From NCBI GenBank assembly GCA_028023455.1, contig JAQFVV010000004.1, positions 19,716,001 through 19,780,000 on the forward strand: a stretch of 64,000 bases of DNA. Reading direction: 5' to 3'. The notes under the pieces are model-generated. The model ran no database searches and was not told where the DNA came from. It saw only the letters and a list, made by a program, of their open reading frames with translations. The position numbers were made by a program, and so were the translations under genes. The stretch's first letter is position 1. Every line of letters begins with the position of its first letter. The DNA is from Epiperipatus broadwayi. Its lineage: Eukaryota > Animalia > Onychophora. Of the stretch, positions 26,901-39,420 are shown one piece after another.

Positions 26901-28654
26901 TATTTCTTTTTTTTTCTTCTAAAGAGTTTTTAAAATTATTTCCATAATTATTAATAATAAAAATTTAATTTTAAAATAATTATCATTTAGTTTTAGATCA
27001 ATGTTGCTTCTAAAAAATTTTTTAAAAAAGAATACAAAAAAGTTAATTATTTTGATAATTAAAAATTAGTTTTAAAAAAAGGAAGAAAAGTCTCTCTGAA
27101 GATATTCAAAAATCATTAATGTAGCTATATATAACTTGTTTAATAAGTTGATTTTATTTCACTTAAATGTGTAGACAATTAGCCCTATTTAATTTGATTG
27201 CTTCACACATGCATCTGTAATTGAATATATATATATATATATGCATTTCTTTATAGTGATCTTTAAAATATTTATCTGCCATATTTGAATTTTGTGTATG
27301 TATATTAATAGTACCATAAGTTCAAGTACAATGTTTAAGTAATAATTGCTCTTTGTATGTTGACATATAATGCATTTGATACCTGGTAGTCTTAAATATT
27401 AATATTCATAAAAATTTACATGATAATGCTGTTTCATCTCTGAAGTTTACTAAGAACTCTATTATTTATATGATTCTATTAGATATGTGTTACAAGTTAA
27501 GATGTGCACAGATATATATTTCACTTTTGCATAAAAATAAGCAATAACATAACAGTTTCAATTAATGATATATGTTCACGCCATGCAGACCATTTCAACA
27601 TTAGACATATACATTATACAAAGCAAAATAAAATTCATGGGGAAAATGTCTCTACCCAAAGCAAATTAAAATCATCTGTGAGTACCTCAAACAGAAATAA
27701 TATATATTATGGGGAAATAAGTAACCATACACAAAATTCAAATATGGTAGATCAATACACCTTCACTGTAGATTTAATTTCATATATAAGTGATCCCATT
27801 TAATAATTAATTTACATCTATATTAACTGCTAAAAATATTAAAATTTACATTTATATATAAATATTTTACAATTTTATAGATGTAAACATTGAAAAATAA
27901 TGGATTTTTTTCTGTGTAATAATCTAGATAAATTTTATTTCAGCTATGTTGTAACAATGCAGCAATGACAGATGAAATTTTATCTATATTATTATGCAGA
28001 AAAAATTCCATTATATTTCAATATTTATATCCATAAGTTCATGAAAATCTTTAAATTAATACACACATACATACACACACATGTATATATATATATATAA
28101 CTTATTGTAAAAGAGGCTTAGTTTCTGGAGAACATTCAAAGGAATTATACATCAAGGTTTCACACATATAAAGAATTTATGTTTGACTTATGACTCTTAT
28201 ATCAGTTAGAGGATGACACTAAAATCAGGCTCATTTTTTAATGTGAATCTGACAAATGCTATTCCTATTATTAGATTATTGCCTGAGTTGTGAGATAACT
28301 GATATTTTATCTAGATTATTACAGGGGAAAAATTCTCATTATATTTCAATGTTTACCTACATATATAATAAAGTTTGAATAAAAAAATTAAAAATGGTGA
28401 AAAATTCTAGGAAAAGAAATTAAAAACAGCTTGATAAAGTTGAGTTCTAATAAAAAACTCTCAGGCTACTAATAAATATTTGCTTAAAATTAAAAAAAAA
28501 CACAAAACAGAACTTCAGATGATAGTCATATTTTATTTTAAATTGATTTACAGTAAATTGAGAGATAGGAGTGTTTAGGCACAACATTAAAATGAAATGT
28601 CTGGTTGTAAAATGACTAAATTTAGAAAGAAAAAATGAAGAAATAAAGTAATAT

Positions 28655-28760
28655 ATATATATTGCTAAAAGAAGGTTGTCTTGACAACAGTTTGAAATTG
28701 TTGATTGTTATTGATATTGGGATTGTCTAAGTGTTGACTGGTTTTAAATTATATATATGT
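28655..28760 (-). mobile_element. Isolated 5' fragment of the RTE family at 51029-54520
   Basis: About 100 bp nearly identical to 54405-54510 (TTGACAACAGTTTGAAATTGTTGATTGTTA...GGGATTGTCTAAGTG). Confidence 0.8.
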
Positions 28761-29556
28761 TAATAAACTAAAACATGCAGTTAGAGAACTGAATAGGAAG
28801 ATTTCCAAGCAGAAAATAAGTACAATTATTGAAAAATCAATTTATCACTGAAGTAAGATTTATAAGAGAAATATTAAAAAAATCTGTAGTGTATATATAA
28901 TAAAAATTAAGAAATAAAAACATAAATTTTTAATGAAAATAATTAATAAAGAGTTAAAAAAGAAAAATGGGAAAAAATAAACTAAATAAAAAATAAAAAC
29001 TTCTAAGGAAAGATAACAATAAAGTGAGAAAAGATTCACATAAAGCTAGATGAGTCTGTTGTGTTTGAAAGTTAATATTAATAAAGGCTTATAAATTTTT
29101 CAGAAGAAAAACAATTAATGAGAAAAAATAGTATAAGTTATACACCTATAGATATAATTAATAAAATCATGTTATTGACATTGTTATTTTAAATAAAAAA
29201 TAAATACTATTTATATGTAATTTGAATGATGAAGATTATAAGATTTATTATTAGAAAACAAAGATTGATTAGAATAAAATAGATTTTAAAATATGAAAAA
29301 TGATAAATAGTATTCTATGAAACTATGAGGTAATATTAATATTAACAATCAATCTGAAACATATATTTGCACATATGCATATATATATATATTAATTCTA
29401 ATATATTCACAGATAAATGATGACTTCATATTATAATTATTTTCAGGATATTCCATGTAGTGAAAAAGCTAAATATATATAATACAAATAAAATATCAAC
29501 AAATTTAAAATATCATCAACATAGTTATTCTTTTCAAAAATAGTTCATAATTTTCC

Positions 29557-30360
29557 ATATATATATAAATGAATACACCAAACTTCTTTTTAAAAACTTA
29601 TTTTTTATATGACTATTATAAAAATAAAACTACATACCAACGTTTCGACTATTTTATAATGTAGTTTTTTTCAAAAACACTAAAAAATAAAAATACAAAT
29701 ATATAATAATAAATATAAATAACACATATTCCAAATAAATCCAAAAACATTAAAAAATATTAAAAAATTCTCTTTACTTCAACACCTTTTCAATCTGCAA
29801 ACAATCTCAAAAACTTTATATCAGTCAAGCGTTGGTGGCATAGTGGTTAGCATAGCTGCCTTCTAAGCAGCTGGCCTGGATTCGCTTCCTGGTCAATGCA
29901 CTTGACATATGAAAAAAAACAACAGCAACAACTTTATATCAAATTTTTTACATTTATATACCCATCCAAAAATACCCTATAAACATTCAATTAACAAATC
30001 TGTTATTATAATGGTAATAGAAAAGAAAAAAGAAAATAATAGATTTATTATTTAAATGTTTTTAGGGTAATTTTGGATGGGTATATAAATGTAAAAAATT
30101 TGATAAAGATTTCAGATTGTTTGCAATAGGAAAGATGTTGAGGTAAAGAGAATTTTTTAGTATTTTTTAATGTTTTGGGATTTGTTTGAATATGTGATAT
30201 TTATATTTATTATTATATATTTGTATTTTTATTTTTTAGTTTCCTTGATAAAGACTATATTATAAAATAGTCGAAATGTTGGTGTGTAGTTTTATTTTTG
30301 TAAGTCATATAAAAAACAAATTTTAAAAAGAAATTTGGAGTATTCATTTATATATATATA
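29557..30360. mobile_element. Fold-back element family D (long palindrome with U3-A8 hammerhead-like motifs), with a SINE in the left arm
   Basis: Arms about 29557-29990 (less the SINE) and 30045-30360 are reverse complements. Motifs at 29637-29676 (-) and 30243-30282 (+). Confidence 0.85.
29824..29929 (+). mobile_element. tRNA-Gly-derived SINE with A-rich tail and 12-bp TSD
   Basis: tRNA-like head 29829-29900 (anticodon TCT), tail CTTGACATATGAAAAAAAACAACAGCAAC, and TSD AACTTTATATCA at 29812-29823 and 29930-29941. The opposite palindrome arm shows the empty site. Confidence 0.9.
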
Positions 30361-33300
30361 AATAAAATGGTTGTTAATTAAAACATAGAAAGTTAGTGAT
30401 TCATTTAAAGTCTGTTGAATTGAAGAAATATTAATGGAATTATAAATGACTTTTTATTTTTGTGAGTAATGTAACTAGAAAATGAGAACTCATTCTAAAT
30501 TAAATTAAAATGGTGATCTGTACTATAAAGAGTATTATAAACAATGTTAACTGATATATTAGTACATAATATTAATTTTGTTATACCCATAGATTTGAAA
30601 ATTCTAATAATTAAATTATTAGTTCTTAAAATAAAATTTGATATTAATATTAAATCAAATATTAATGATTAAAGTTTTTTAAAATATAAAATGAACTAAA
30701 AATCCCTGTATAATATTTTTATTTTAGGAAGGTTTACAAGTAATTAATTTTCTTTACTTAGTTTATAACTGAAATGCAGGCTTATTATATACATGTATCA
30801 ACATATGTAATATTTAATCATTTCATATTATTAAGAAGAAAAAATGTTTTAAATTGAATTTAAATTTATAAAAATTTAACTATGTGAAATTCATTAAAAA
30901 AAAATCCACAGTATGCAATGTCATTAATGACAGTTTATTCATTATTAAGTTTTCCCTATGGGATGGTATTTCAAATTCACTTAAAAAAAATAGAGTAGCT
31001 CAGGAACATCCTATGCAGAACTGTCTATGTGAAAAGCAGAGCTCTGATAGGTAAAGATCTGGGCTTTAAAGTATATCTATGAATCAATGTATTTTTGTTA
31101 ATAAAATCAATGATTTGAGTTAACATGTGATTCAAAAATGTTTTTTCACTTCTATCTGAACCACCTATCTAAAAGTATTTTCATGAACTTAAAATAAGCA
31201 CTGATTTTAAAATGGTATGTGTAAATAGATAAATAATGCTAGCATCTATATTCTAGTCCATGCAACAAGTTTTGAATGTATTTACAATACAAAAATGTTT
31301 TCTGCTTCAAAATATTTTCATAGTCTAGGTAGAGTGAACTCATAAAAGCCAAAGCCTGCTATTGTTTTATATAATAGTAAAAATAATATTAGTATTTATA
31401 TTCCAGCCCAATCAACAATTAAAGTTTTTTACTTATTAATTAAATCAAGTTTTCAATTAATGTATGATACAATAATGTTTTTCAACTTCAAATTATCTTT
31501 ATAATCTTGCAAATAAGAAAGCAGTTAAAACTCATAAAAATCAAACTCTGCTACTTCTTGAATTTCTTCAGTTTAAACATCTTAATATTTGTTTTAGAGT
31601 TCATACCTAGAGTTAATATTTCAGAACACATGCTTAGAGATTGATAGAGAAACTCTGTAAAATAGAATATAGATAGATTTTAAAAATACCACAGGAATTG
31701 GATTTTAAAAGATTTGAAAGTTAAAGTTTATATCTGAGTTAGAGACAATTTCTAGTTTAATAAATCATTAGCATTAATCATTATGGTATTATCTAGAATG
31801 AATTGTGTCAAAATTGTGGTTGGTGTATGGATGGTTGTGATAAGATTAAGCTGAAGGTTAATGCTATACTGATAAAATCAAAAACTTACAATGCATATTA
31901 TCATACAATAATTATACACTTCTCCACAAGATATTAAAAAAGTGGATAGATGCTTGTCCTTACCTGCTCCAGGATATTGTAATAAAAGTTCAGTTGCACT
32001 GATAAAAACAAATGACTTATTGATAAATTTACCATACGTATCATAAAGATATATATGAGAGATGATGTTTTGGACCAATTAATGAGTGTTGCTTAAACAT
32101 GGAATATATCTTGGGAATTATTCATCTCTTATTATGTTTTTATTCATATATTTTAAAAAGAATGAGTGGTGGTTTGGAGGTTATTTAATTTAATACATTT
32201 ACAAAAAAATACTCAAAGAACTTAACTTTTAGAAGCAATTAATGAATTTGAATTAAAACAGCAGGAAAGAGTTAAAATGTTATTAGAAATAAAAATTTCA
32301 ATGATTTATTTTTAGATTAATGAATCTTGTTATTTTAGTTAGATTTTCATTTCAGTTTCTTTCTACAAAACTTTTATAATTTTAAATATCATTTATATGG
32401 AGTTTCTTAATAATTTAGCTATATAAATATTATATTGAAATTCCATCAATTAAGAGGTTCTTTGATTCTGATTAATTGCTCAACTATATTTGGTTTAATG
32501 TATTACTAAGATTATGTGAAAATTTAAGATATTACTGAACTTTCAATTTATTTTTTGTTTGAAAAGCAATAGGTATATAATGGTTGGAAAATTAAATGAA
32601 ATTGGAGTTGCAAGGTTCATTTTTTTAAATTATTTAGAGAAAAGACATTAAGATATTTTACCATCTTCAGATTTTAAAGATGGAGTTTGTTTTGGAAAAA
32701 AAAAGCTTATGAAGTTAGAAATTACTTCTTAGAATAAAAGATTTCTTAGCATTAAAAATAAATATAGGTGTTTAATAGAGTTTATTGTCCATCTTTTATG
32801 TATATAAAATGATAGTAACAAGCAATAGAAAAATTTGTTGCTTGGAAGATAATATAATATTTGAGCGCTGGAAATCACAAATATAAGCTGCAATACATGG
32901 ATCTGTAGCTCCTGAAATCATCACCCTACATTTATACTAAAGCATGGACAACTTTAAAAATTTTAGTAGCATTAGAAAAAGAAATATCCACTGCTTCAAA
33001 TTAGAAGTTATGAATCAGAAAGCATAACATAGCAAAAACAAAATAGGATTACTGATACACTGTAAATGCTTAGGATTTGTTGTGCAACAAAACTTTATGG
33101 TAATTTATTGTTAACTTTGATATCATTTTTCATAGAAATAAATTATAAATACTCAATTTAAAATCTCCCCACACTGTCTGCAAAGAATGTGAATGCTTTG
33201 CAAGTCTCCAGACACCTCATTTATTATATAAATACCTTATCGAAGGATAATGGCTATGTACTATTTAACATCAATGCAAAATCTGAAAAAGCAGATAGCT

Positions 33301-36300
33301 ATTGACAGCCGTAGAAATTTCAAACACTTTTAAAAATATTTTATCATCCCATGCTGTATTGTACATGTAACTGTATTTGCACAATGTCTGCTCTATTGTG
33401 ACTATTAATTTTTGTCAATTACTTTAAGACTGTGAAAATGAAATATGGTATGCACATGCTTTTCTATTCTCTAATATACTTAGTTTCTTTTGAAATATTT
33501 CTTTTAGTTGCACTTATTTCCCTATTAAATAGGACAGTGAAGTGTAATAGTTAGCTGATTGAAATACTAAGTGAAGTGAAAAAAATCAGATAACTGAAAA
33601 ATCTCGATTTTTTTTATTAAGAGAAATGTAATCAAAGAAAATGTTATCAGTCTATAGTTACCTAGCTTGGTGACTAATAGACTATTTACGATAATGTTAT
33701 TTTCTCTCGTAGCAGTGCTATTTAAAGCTATTATTTATCTTTAATGTGAATAATCGAACAGATTCTCTCTAAAGTGATAGTCGTAAATATTAGCAAGCAT
33801 TTTTTTTTGATACTGATTTTATTAATTATAAAATATACTGAAAAAAAATCTTTGGGTTTCTATACATATTTTTATAACAAACATTTTGTTTTCTTTATCC
33901 TGATCAATAAAATGTTTTATTATTAAATGTAAATATATATTAAAAAGTAATAATCAATTTTTTTTTACATAAAACGATGCTGAAAAGATTTATAAATCAT
34001 GTGGTTGTGTCATGTGATATCAGCTTTAGTAAAAATCTTATGATCATTTTAATATGGTATTAGCCTCATTTTGATATTTTCAAAAAGATTTTAGTTTTTA
34101 AATTAAAAAAAAACAACAACAAACATTTTCATTTTTAAAATGCTATCGGTAATTTATTTGTTTAACTTTTAATGTTAAGAATACATTTAGGTTTATTAGT
34201 TTTTTAAAAGCAGAAAGAAATCATTAATGCTTTGAATATCACTACACGTCTATATCAGAGATCTGAAATACCATTAAGCTTGTGGTTAATATTAGTTTTA
34301 TAAATTAATTTACATTTTACTCCATCAAAAAATTCTCATCCGGTCTTTAAAAAAACACATCAATAATTGATTAGTATTAAAATAATAATTTTTAAATTAT
34401 TTATTTTTGTATAATGATATATAAGTAGTATTTCAGCCAGATAACAGATAGCATGATGTTTTAATAAAAATAATAACAATTAAAAATAATAATGTATATT
34501 AAAAACAATAAATGTTTTGATATAAACTTTTTTCATTTAAGAAAATTCTCTTATTTGAAACTCTTATATTTTCTATATCACACAAACAGTAAGAATAAAA
34601 ATAAATGTGGTTAAAACTCAAATAATGTATAGAAATTTAGAAAATGAAATAGCCAAAGTCTACAGATGTCTAAATTATCATATAGATTTTGACTTGAAAA
34701 AATAATGCGCATAATATAAAAAAATAATATTTTTTGCTTGGTTTGATTTCAATAAACCTATCGTTTCTTAACTACATAAAAAATGCTATCAATCTCTGTA
34801 TTATTTTTACCCTAACTTTAAAGCAGAAAGTAAATTACTGGAAAACAAACACACTTTAAAGAAAAAGAAGTAAATAATATTAAAATTAAATACAAGGTAT
34901 TATGAAGTAGACAGCAAAATAGATAAACTAAGCTGAAAATTATCTGATATTAATAAAAAATGATAAATGACAAACTTTTTTTTTGGATAGACATTCCATG
35001 GTTAAAAAAGAATAGTATAACATATTTATGATGAATAAATGGAATTATAATAAGTAAAGATCAAACATAGAAATCAGTTTTTTAAAGACAAAGAAAATAG
35101 AAGATAACTTGGGAATGTTTTATACAACACTGATGATGATATAATTTTCTTATCACAGTCATCTTAAAAGAAAGAGATCTTAAGTTTACTATATAGTTAT
35201 TTAGTGCCAAATTCTGAGTGTAATTCTTAACTGACTCAATTATTTTGTTTCTAATTGAAATAAATGAGAAGTAAGGTATATTTATTTATTAATTTTCTTA
35301 AGAGATAAATGTTAGAAGAAAATATTAATATCAAAGTAAATAGACCACGAGTAGAAAGAATGATAAAAAATATATAACAGATAAAACTAATATATATATA
35401 ATGAGATAAATGGTTTACAAAGAACAGGTAGGTGTAATTTATTTTATAATAGAAAAAAATACTTTAGATTTTAAAAAAATCATAGTAAATAAACTATCAA
35501 ATCAAAGAGAAATGTTATTAATAAAGAGAGTAGATGTATTGAAAGGATAAAAAATATATATAATTTTTGTGATAGAAACAATATTTTTCTTTATAAATAA
35601 GAGTATAATAAATTGTTTAGTAAAAGAAAATTATCTTGTAAAAATCTGGCATAGTATAGATGATTTATGATATTCCAATAGGCTATAAAAGGAAAGTTTT
35701 GAGAGATAGTAAGTAATAATAAAAAAAAAAAGAAAGGGAGGGACAGTTTTTAACAAAGCAAAAATGATTATATATTGTAATGGAAGTAAATATGAAGGAA
35801 AAATGTTATGAAGTATATAATATAGGGATCATCAATTGGATTCTCAATTAATAATTAAGATAATGAGGATGAATCACCATCTATCTGACAAACTAAGAGT
35901 ATTATCAATTAGTAGTTTTATTTATAATTAGGAAATACCAAATGGGTTCCTGGAGCACTTCTTTTATTATGGGTAACAAAATAATACTCTCATCATATCA
36001 TAAAAAGCTAATAATTCTTCATTAATATTCTAACATATTCTCTAGCTTAATATACAAGCTTGTTTAGAAATAAATTATTTAAATTTGTATTGAAAATGAG
36101 ACAAGACAAATAAGAATAGCATGGACAATAAATTTATTTTAACAAAATAAATAATTGTTTAAATTGATTTGATTAATTAAAAATTACCAATGAATAATAT
36201 TACCATTTGCTTTTTAATTAAGGGGACAAAAAACTAATTTATAAGGGGCAATAGCGTCTAGTTTTCATTAGTCAATTTAACCTGACATATCTGCTGACAC

Positions 36301-36557
36301 CACACATAATTCTTTATAAATTAATATTACTATCACATATATATGTACATATAATAATTCAATTCATAATTTTTACTCATGTCCCCTTAATATAACACAA
36401 TTTTGAATCACAATGAGAGGGGAAAAATTTAAATACAAGTTTCAATAATTTCAATAAATATATGCTGACTTACTAGATATTATTAAAATAAATTTTAAAA
36501 AACATTACCTTTCAAAGATATTAAGAAGAAAATAGTTCGCCTAAGCAAATTAACGTT

Positions 36558-36955
36558 TCATATGATCACTATTTCATATGCTTACACATGCTGTTAATAA
36601 GAGCACCAAACTCTCCACACAATAGTGCCACCAAGTGGAAGCCTTCATCAGACCTACATGACTATACATGCAAATGGGCTTAGGTTGGAAACATTATGGG
36701 GTTTTCATCTTAAGCTTCTACATCTATAGTTAACCAAATAGATAAAAAGTGACTGCTGGAATGCTGCATTAGATTCTAAGATCTAGATGCAGTGCTCTCA
36801 AATCCAAGGCTCCTTACTGATGAAAGTTACAACCTAGAAACTAGTCTGGTAATGTTGGATGAGTAGGCACTAAATAGGAATTTTATGCACAAACCTTCCT
36901 GCACCCATTGATAATAAAGGCTTGCACTTGGTGGCATTACTGTATAAAGAGTTTG
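36558..36955 (-). mobile_element. Fold-back mini-element family A, copy 3 (asymmetric)
   Basis: Family-A tail and a short arm on the left, a long inverted arm on the right, and hammerhead core CTGATGA...GAAACTAGTC at 36811-36852 (+). Confidence 0.8.
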
Positions 36956-37299
36956 TCACACACACACATATATATAAAATATTCAAATCAATATATATAT
37001 TCTAACCTAATAAACGACATCTTCTATTATTATGAAAGAGAATTCGGAAAGCCTAAACGCTTCCGTATAGCACGGTTTGGACGGGTAACGAACCTATATT
37101 ACCTAATATAGCTCGACGTTAGGTTAGTTCTAATAATTCAGCTACAGTGATATGCAGTTCAGACAGAGATAGAATTAAAAAAAATTATCATTAATAAAAT
37201 AAATTTAAAAAGAAAATTTAGAATAAACTAACATTCTTTCTCTATCCAAAACACATTCTCTGAGCTGTAAGTACTTGCACTATTCGACAATGATGATGA

Positions 37300-39420
37300 T
37301 GATTTCATGTCATTGTTAATATTACTGACTAAAACAAAACATTCATTAATTTGCCAATATGATCTCAATATTTTATTATTATACAATCAGAAGTTTCAGT
37401 CTCTTAAGCCATGCCACGCTTGTAATATTGATCATAATGAATCAATTCTTAATTTAAGAGCACTTGATGATACTAATCTCAGGGTTCTCTGTTATATTTA
37501 ATAAAATGCTTGGCAGTATTGTGTTGTCGCATATGACTGACATTCTGGTCGGCTATAGGAAACATTTACCTTATTTAAATTCCCGGTGTCTTCATCCACA
37601 TATCAACTATTATAATATTTAACGAGATGATAACCATATTCAATAACAACGCATAATTTTGAATAATACAGCCCTTTTCCCAGAATCTCAGTCGGAATGA
37701 TGAAAAGACAAGGGTGCTTTTGTGTCCTTCCATTATCCATGACAACACAATAATTTATCTAAGATTTATTACTTAGACACTTCACTTAAATGTGTACGAC
37801 ACAATGTGCAACCAAAAGCGACTAGTTTGGGAATAAAGTGATTTTACACACATATAAAATAAAATGTTTTGGTCTGAAGTTTTCAATTCCATAAATAATT
37901 CTTATTAAATTAAAATATAGTGAAATATTCAAATCTGCTTACAATTGTCTATCTGGTGTATTGAATTTAAGATTTCATAAATGATTTTGGACTCAAGAAC
38001 GTATTGCAAGTATTATGCAAATACACTTTTATTTAGCACACAAGAAAAATGACTCAAAACAACTTGTAACAAGACTATAATTTATTATTAAATTTTAACA
38101 AGATTATAATTTATTATTACAGTTTAACAAAACTATCCTTTATGATTAACATAATAAACAAACATATACAATTTATTCGATCCCATATGGATAAAACAAA
38201 ATATAACTAACATTAATTCGTCTATACTTTTAGACCTGGATTCGAACTACTTCTTCATCTTCTTTTTACATTTATGCAAATTGAATAAATAAATATTATT
38301 ATCGATACATCAACTCATCCGTTTAGTGTATCTTATATGAACGGCTGCTTAACTTTATTAACTAACTATTTGTTTTAAAATAAAAATAATCTGATTCTAG
38401 GCAATGCGTACAAATGATTTTTATTATCATATCTTTAATTAAATGATAGTTTTTATTTAGATAACTTATTATAATTTATGGGTTATTTATCAGAAGTTAC
38501 ACTTATTATTTTAATGTTTACCTTAATAACAACTGAAGTTGTTATACACACTGTATTCCTCAGTATAAGTTATATTGTGAGTGCTAATTAATCATTAACC
38601 TGAATTAAACCTAGTATTTGAACCCTCCATTGGCAAATAAAATTTTTAAATCACGCAATTTTAAACTTACTCTCTCCATTGACTTACGTGTGGATTACCA
38701 GCACTATTCCGCTGCACAATCCAGACATAGATCATATATACTAGCACGCTATTTTTACTAAATGGATCGTGAGGAATTAACCTCCAATATACCCGTTATC
38801 TTGCCATAACTTTCTAAACAAAACACAATATTCAACACCTTCCGTGGTGGAATTATCTCTATTTTCTCATGAGGAATATGGAATAACACCGAAGGTCTGT
38901 AGAGTTAACTACTACATTAAAATAGTTTGGTGGGTCCTTGCCTCTTACTTGGGCATAATAGGAACGCACACCAAATATAATCCTCTCCTGGGATTTTAAC
39001 GAATGAAATACACTAAATACGATATAAATTACTGATCGTCCTAACTCTGAGAAGCGATCACTTGGGTTATAAACATACCCGAATACTAGATTTATCTATT
39101 CCCCTCATGGAAAATAAAGCTTTTGGGGAGATCATTTTCCATCCCACAAAATAAAGACATTACAATTATTACTTATGCGAATCTTAAGCATATACCAATG
39201 CTATATCGGGGCAAGACAAGCAAATACACTAATTACACTAAATTTATGTTCCGGGGTATACTTAGATCAACGTCTGAAATCAATGGATCACACAGAATAA
39301 AACATAATAATTTTCACCTTTGCCAAAGAAACATTCAACAAGTAATTGGTAGTTTAGTATCTTGAACTAAATTAAGTGAATGCGTTAATAAAGAATAATT
39401 GGGAATAAGTTCCTCAATTA
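37300..39420 (+). mobile_element. Highly decayed LINE relic (APE/RT), clade unresolved
   Basis: SGVYLDQRLK.MDH.E...A.......NW near 39250-39400 and a possible LLGDFN-like remnant near 37770. Many stops. Confidence 0.45.

Noticed and set aside
27250-27790. Possible old inverted repeat (CCATATTTGAATTTTGTGTATG in both orientations) and 99-aa ORF 27504-27803
   Set aside because: Only about 25 bp align well, no tail, TSD or ribozyme could be established, and the ORF has no recognisable features.
38300-38307. DRE motif TATCGATA
   Set aside because: Single occurrence inside a LINE relic; expected by chance.
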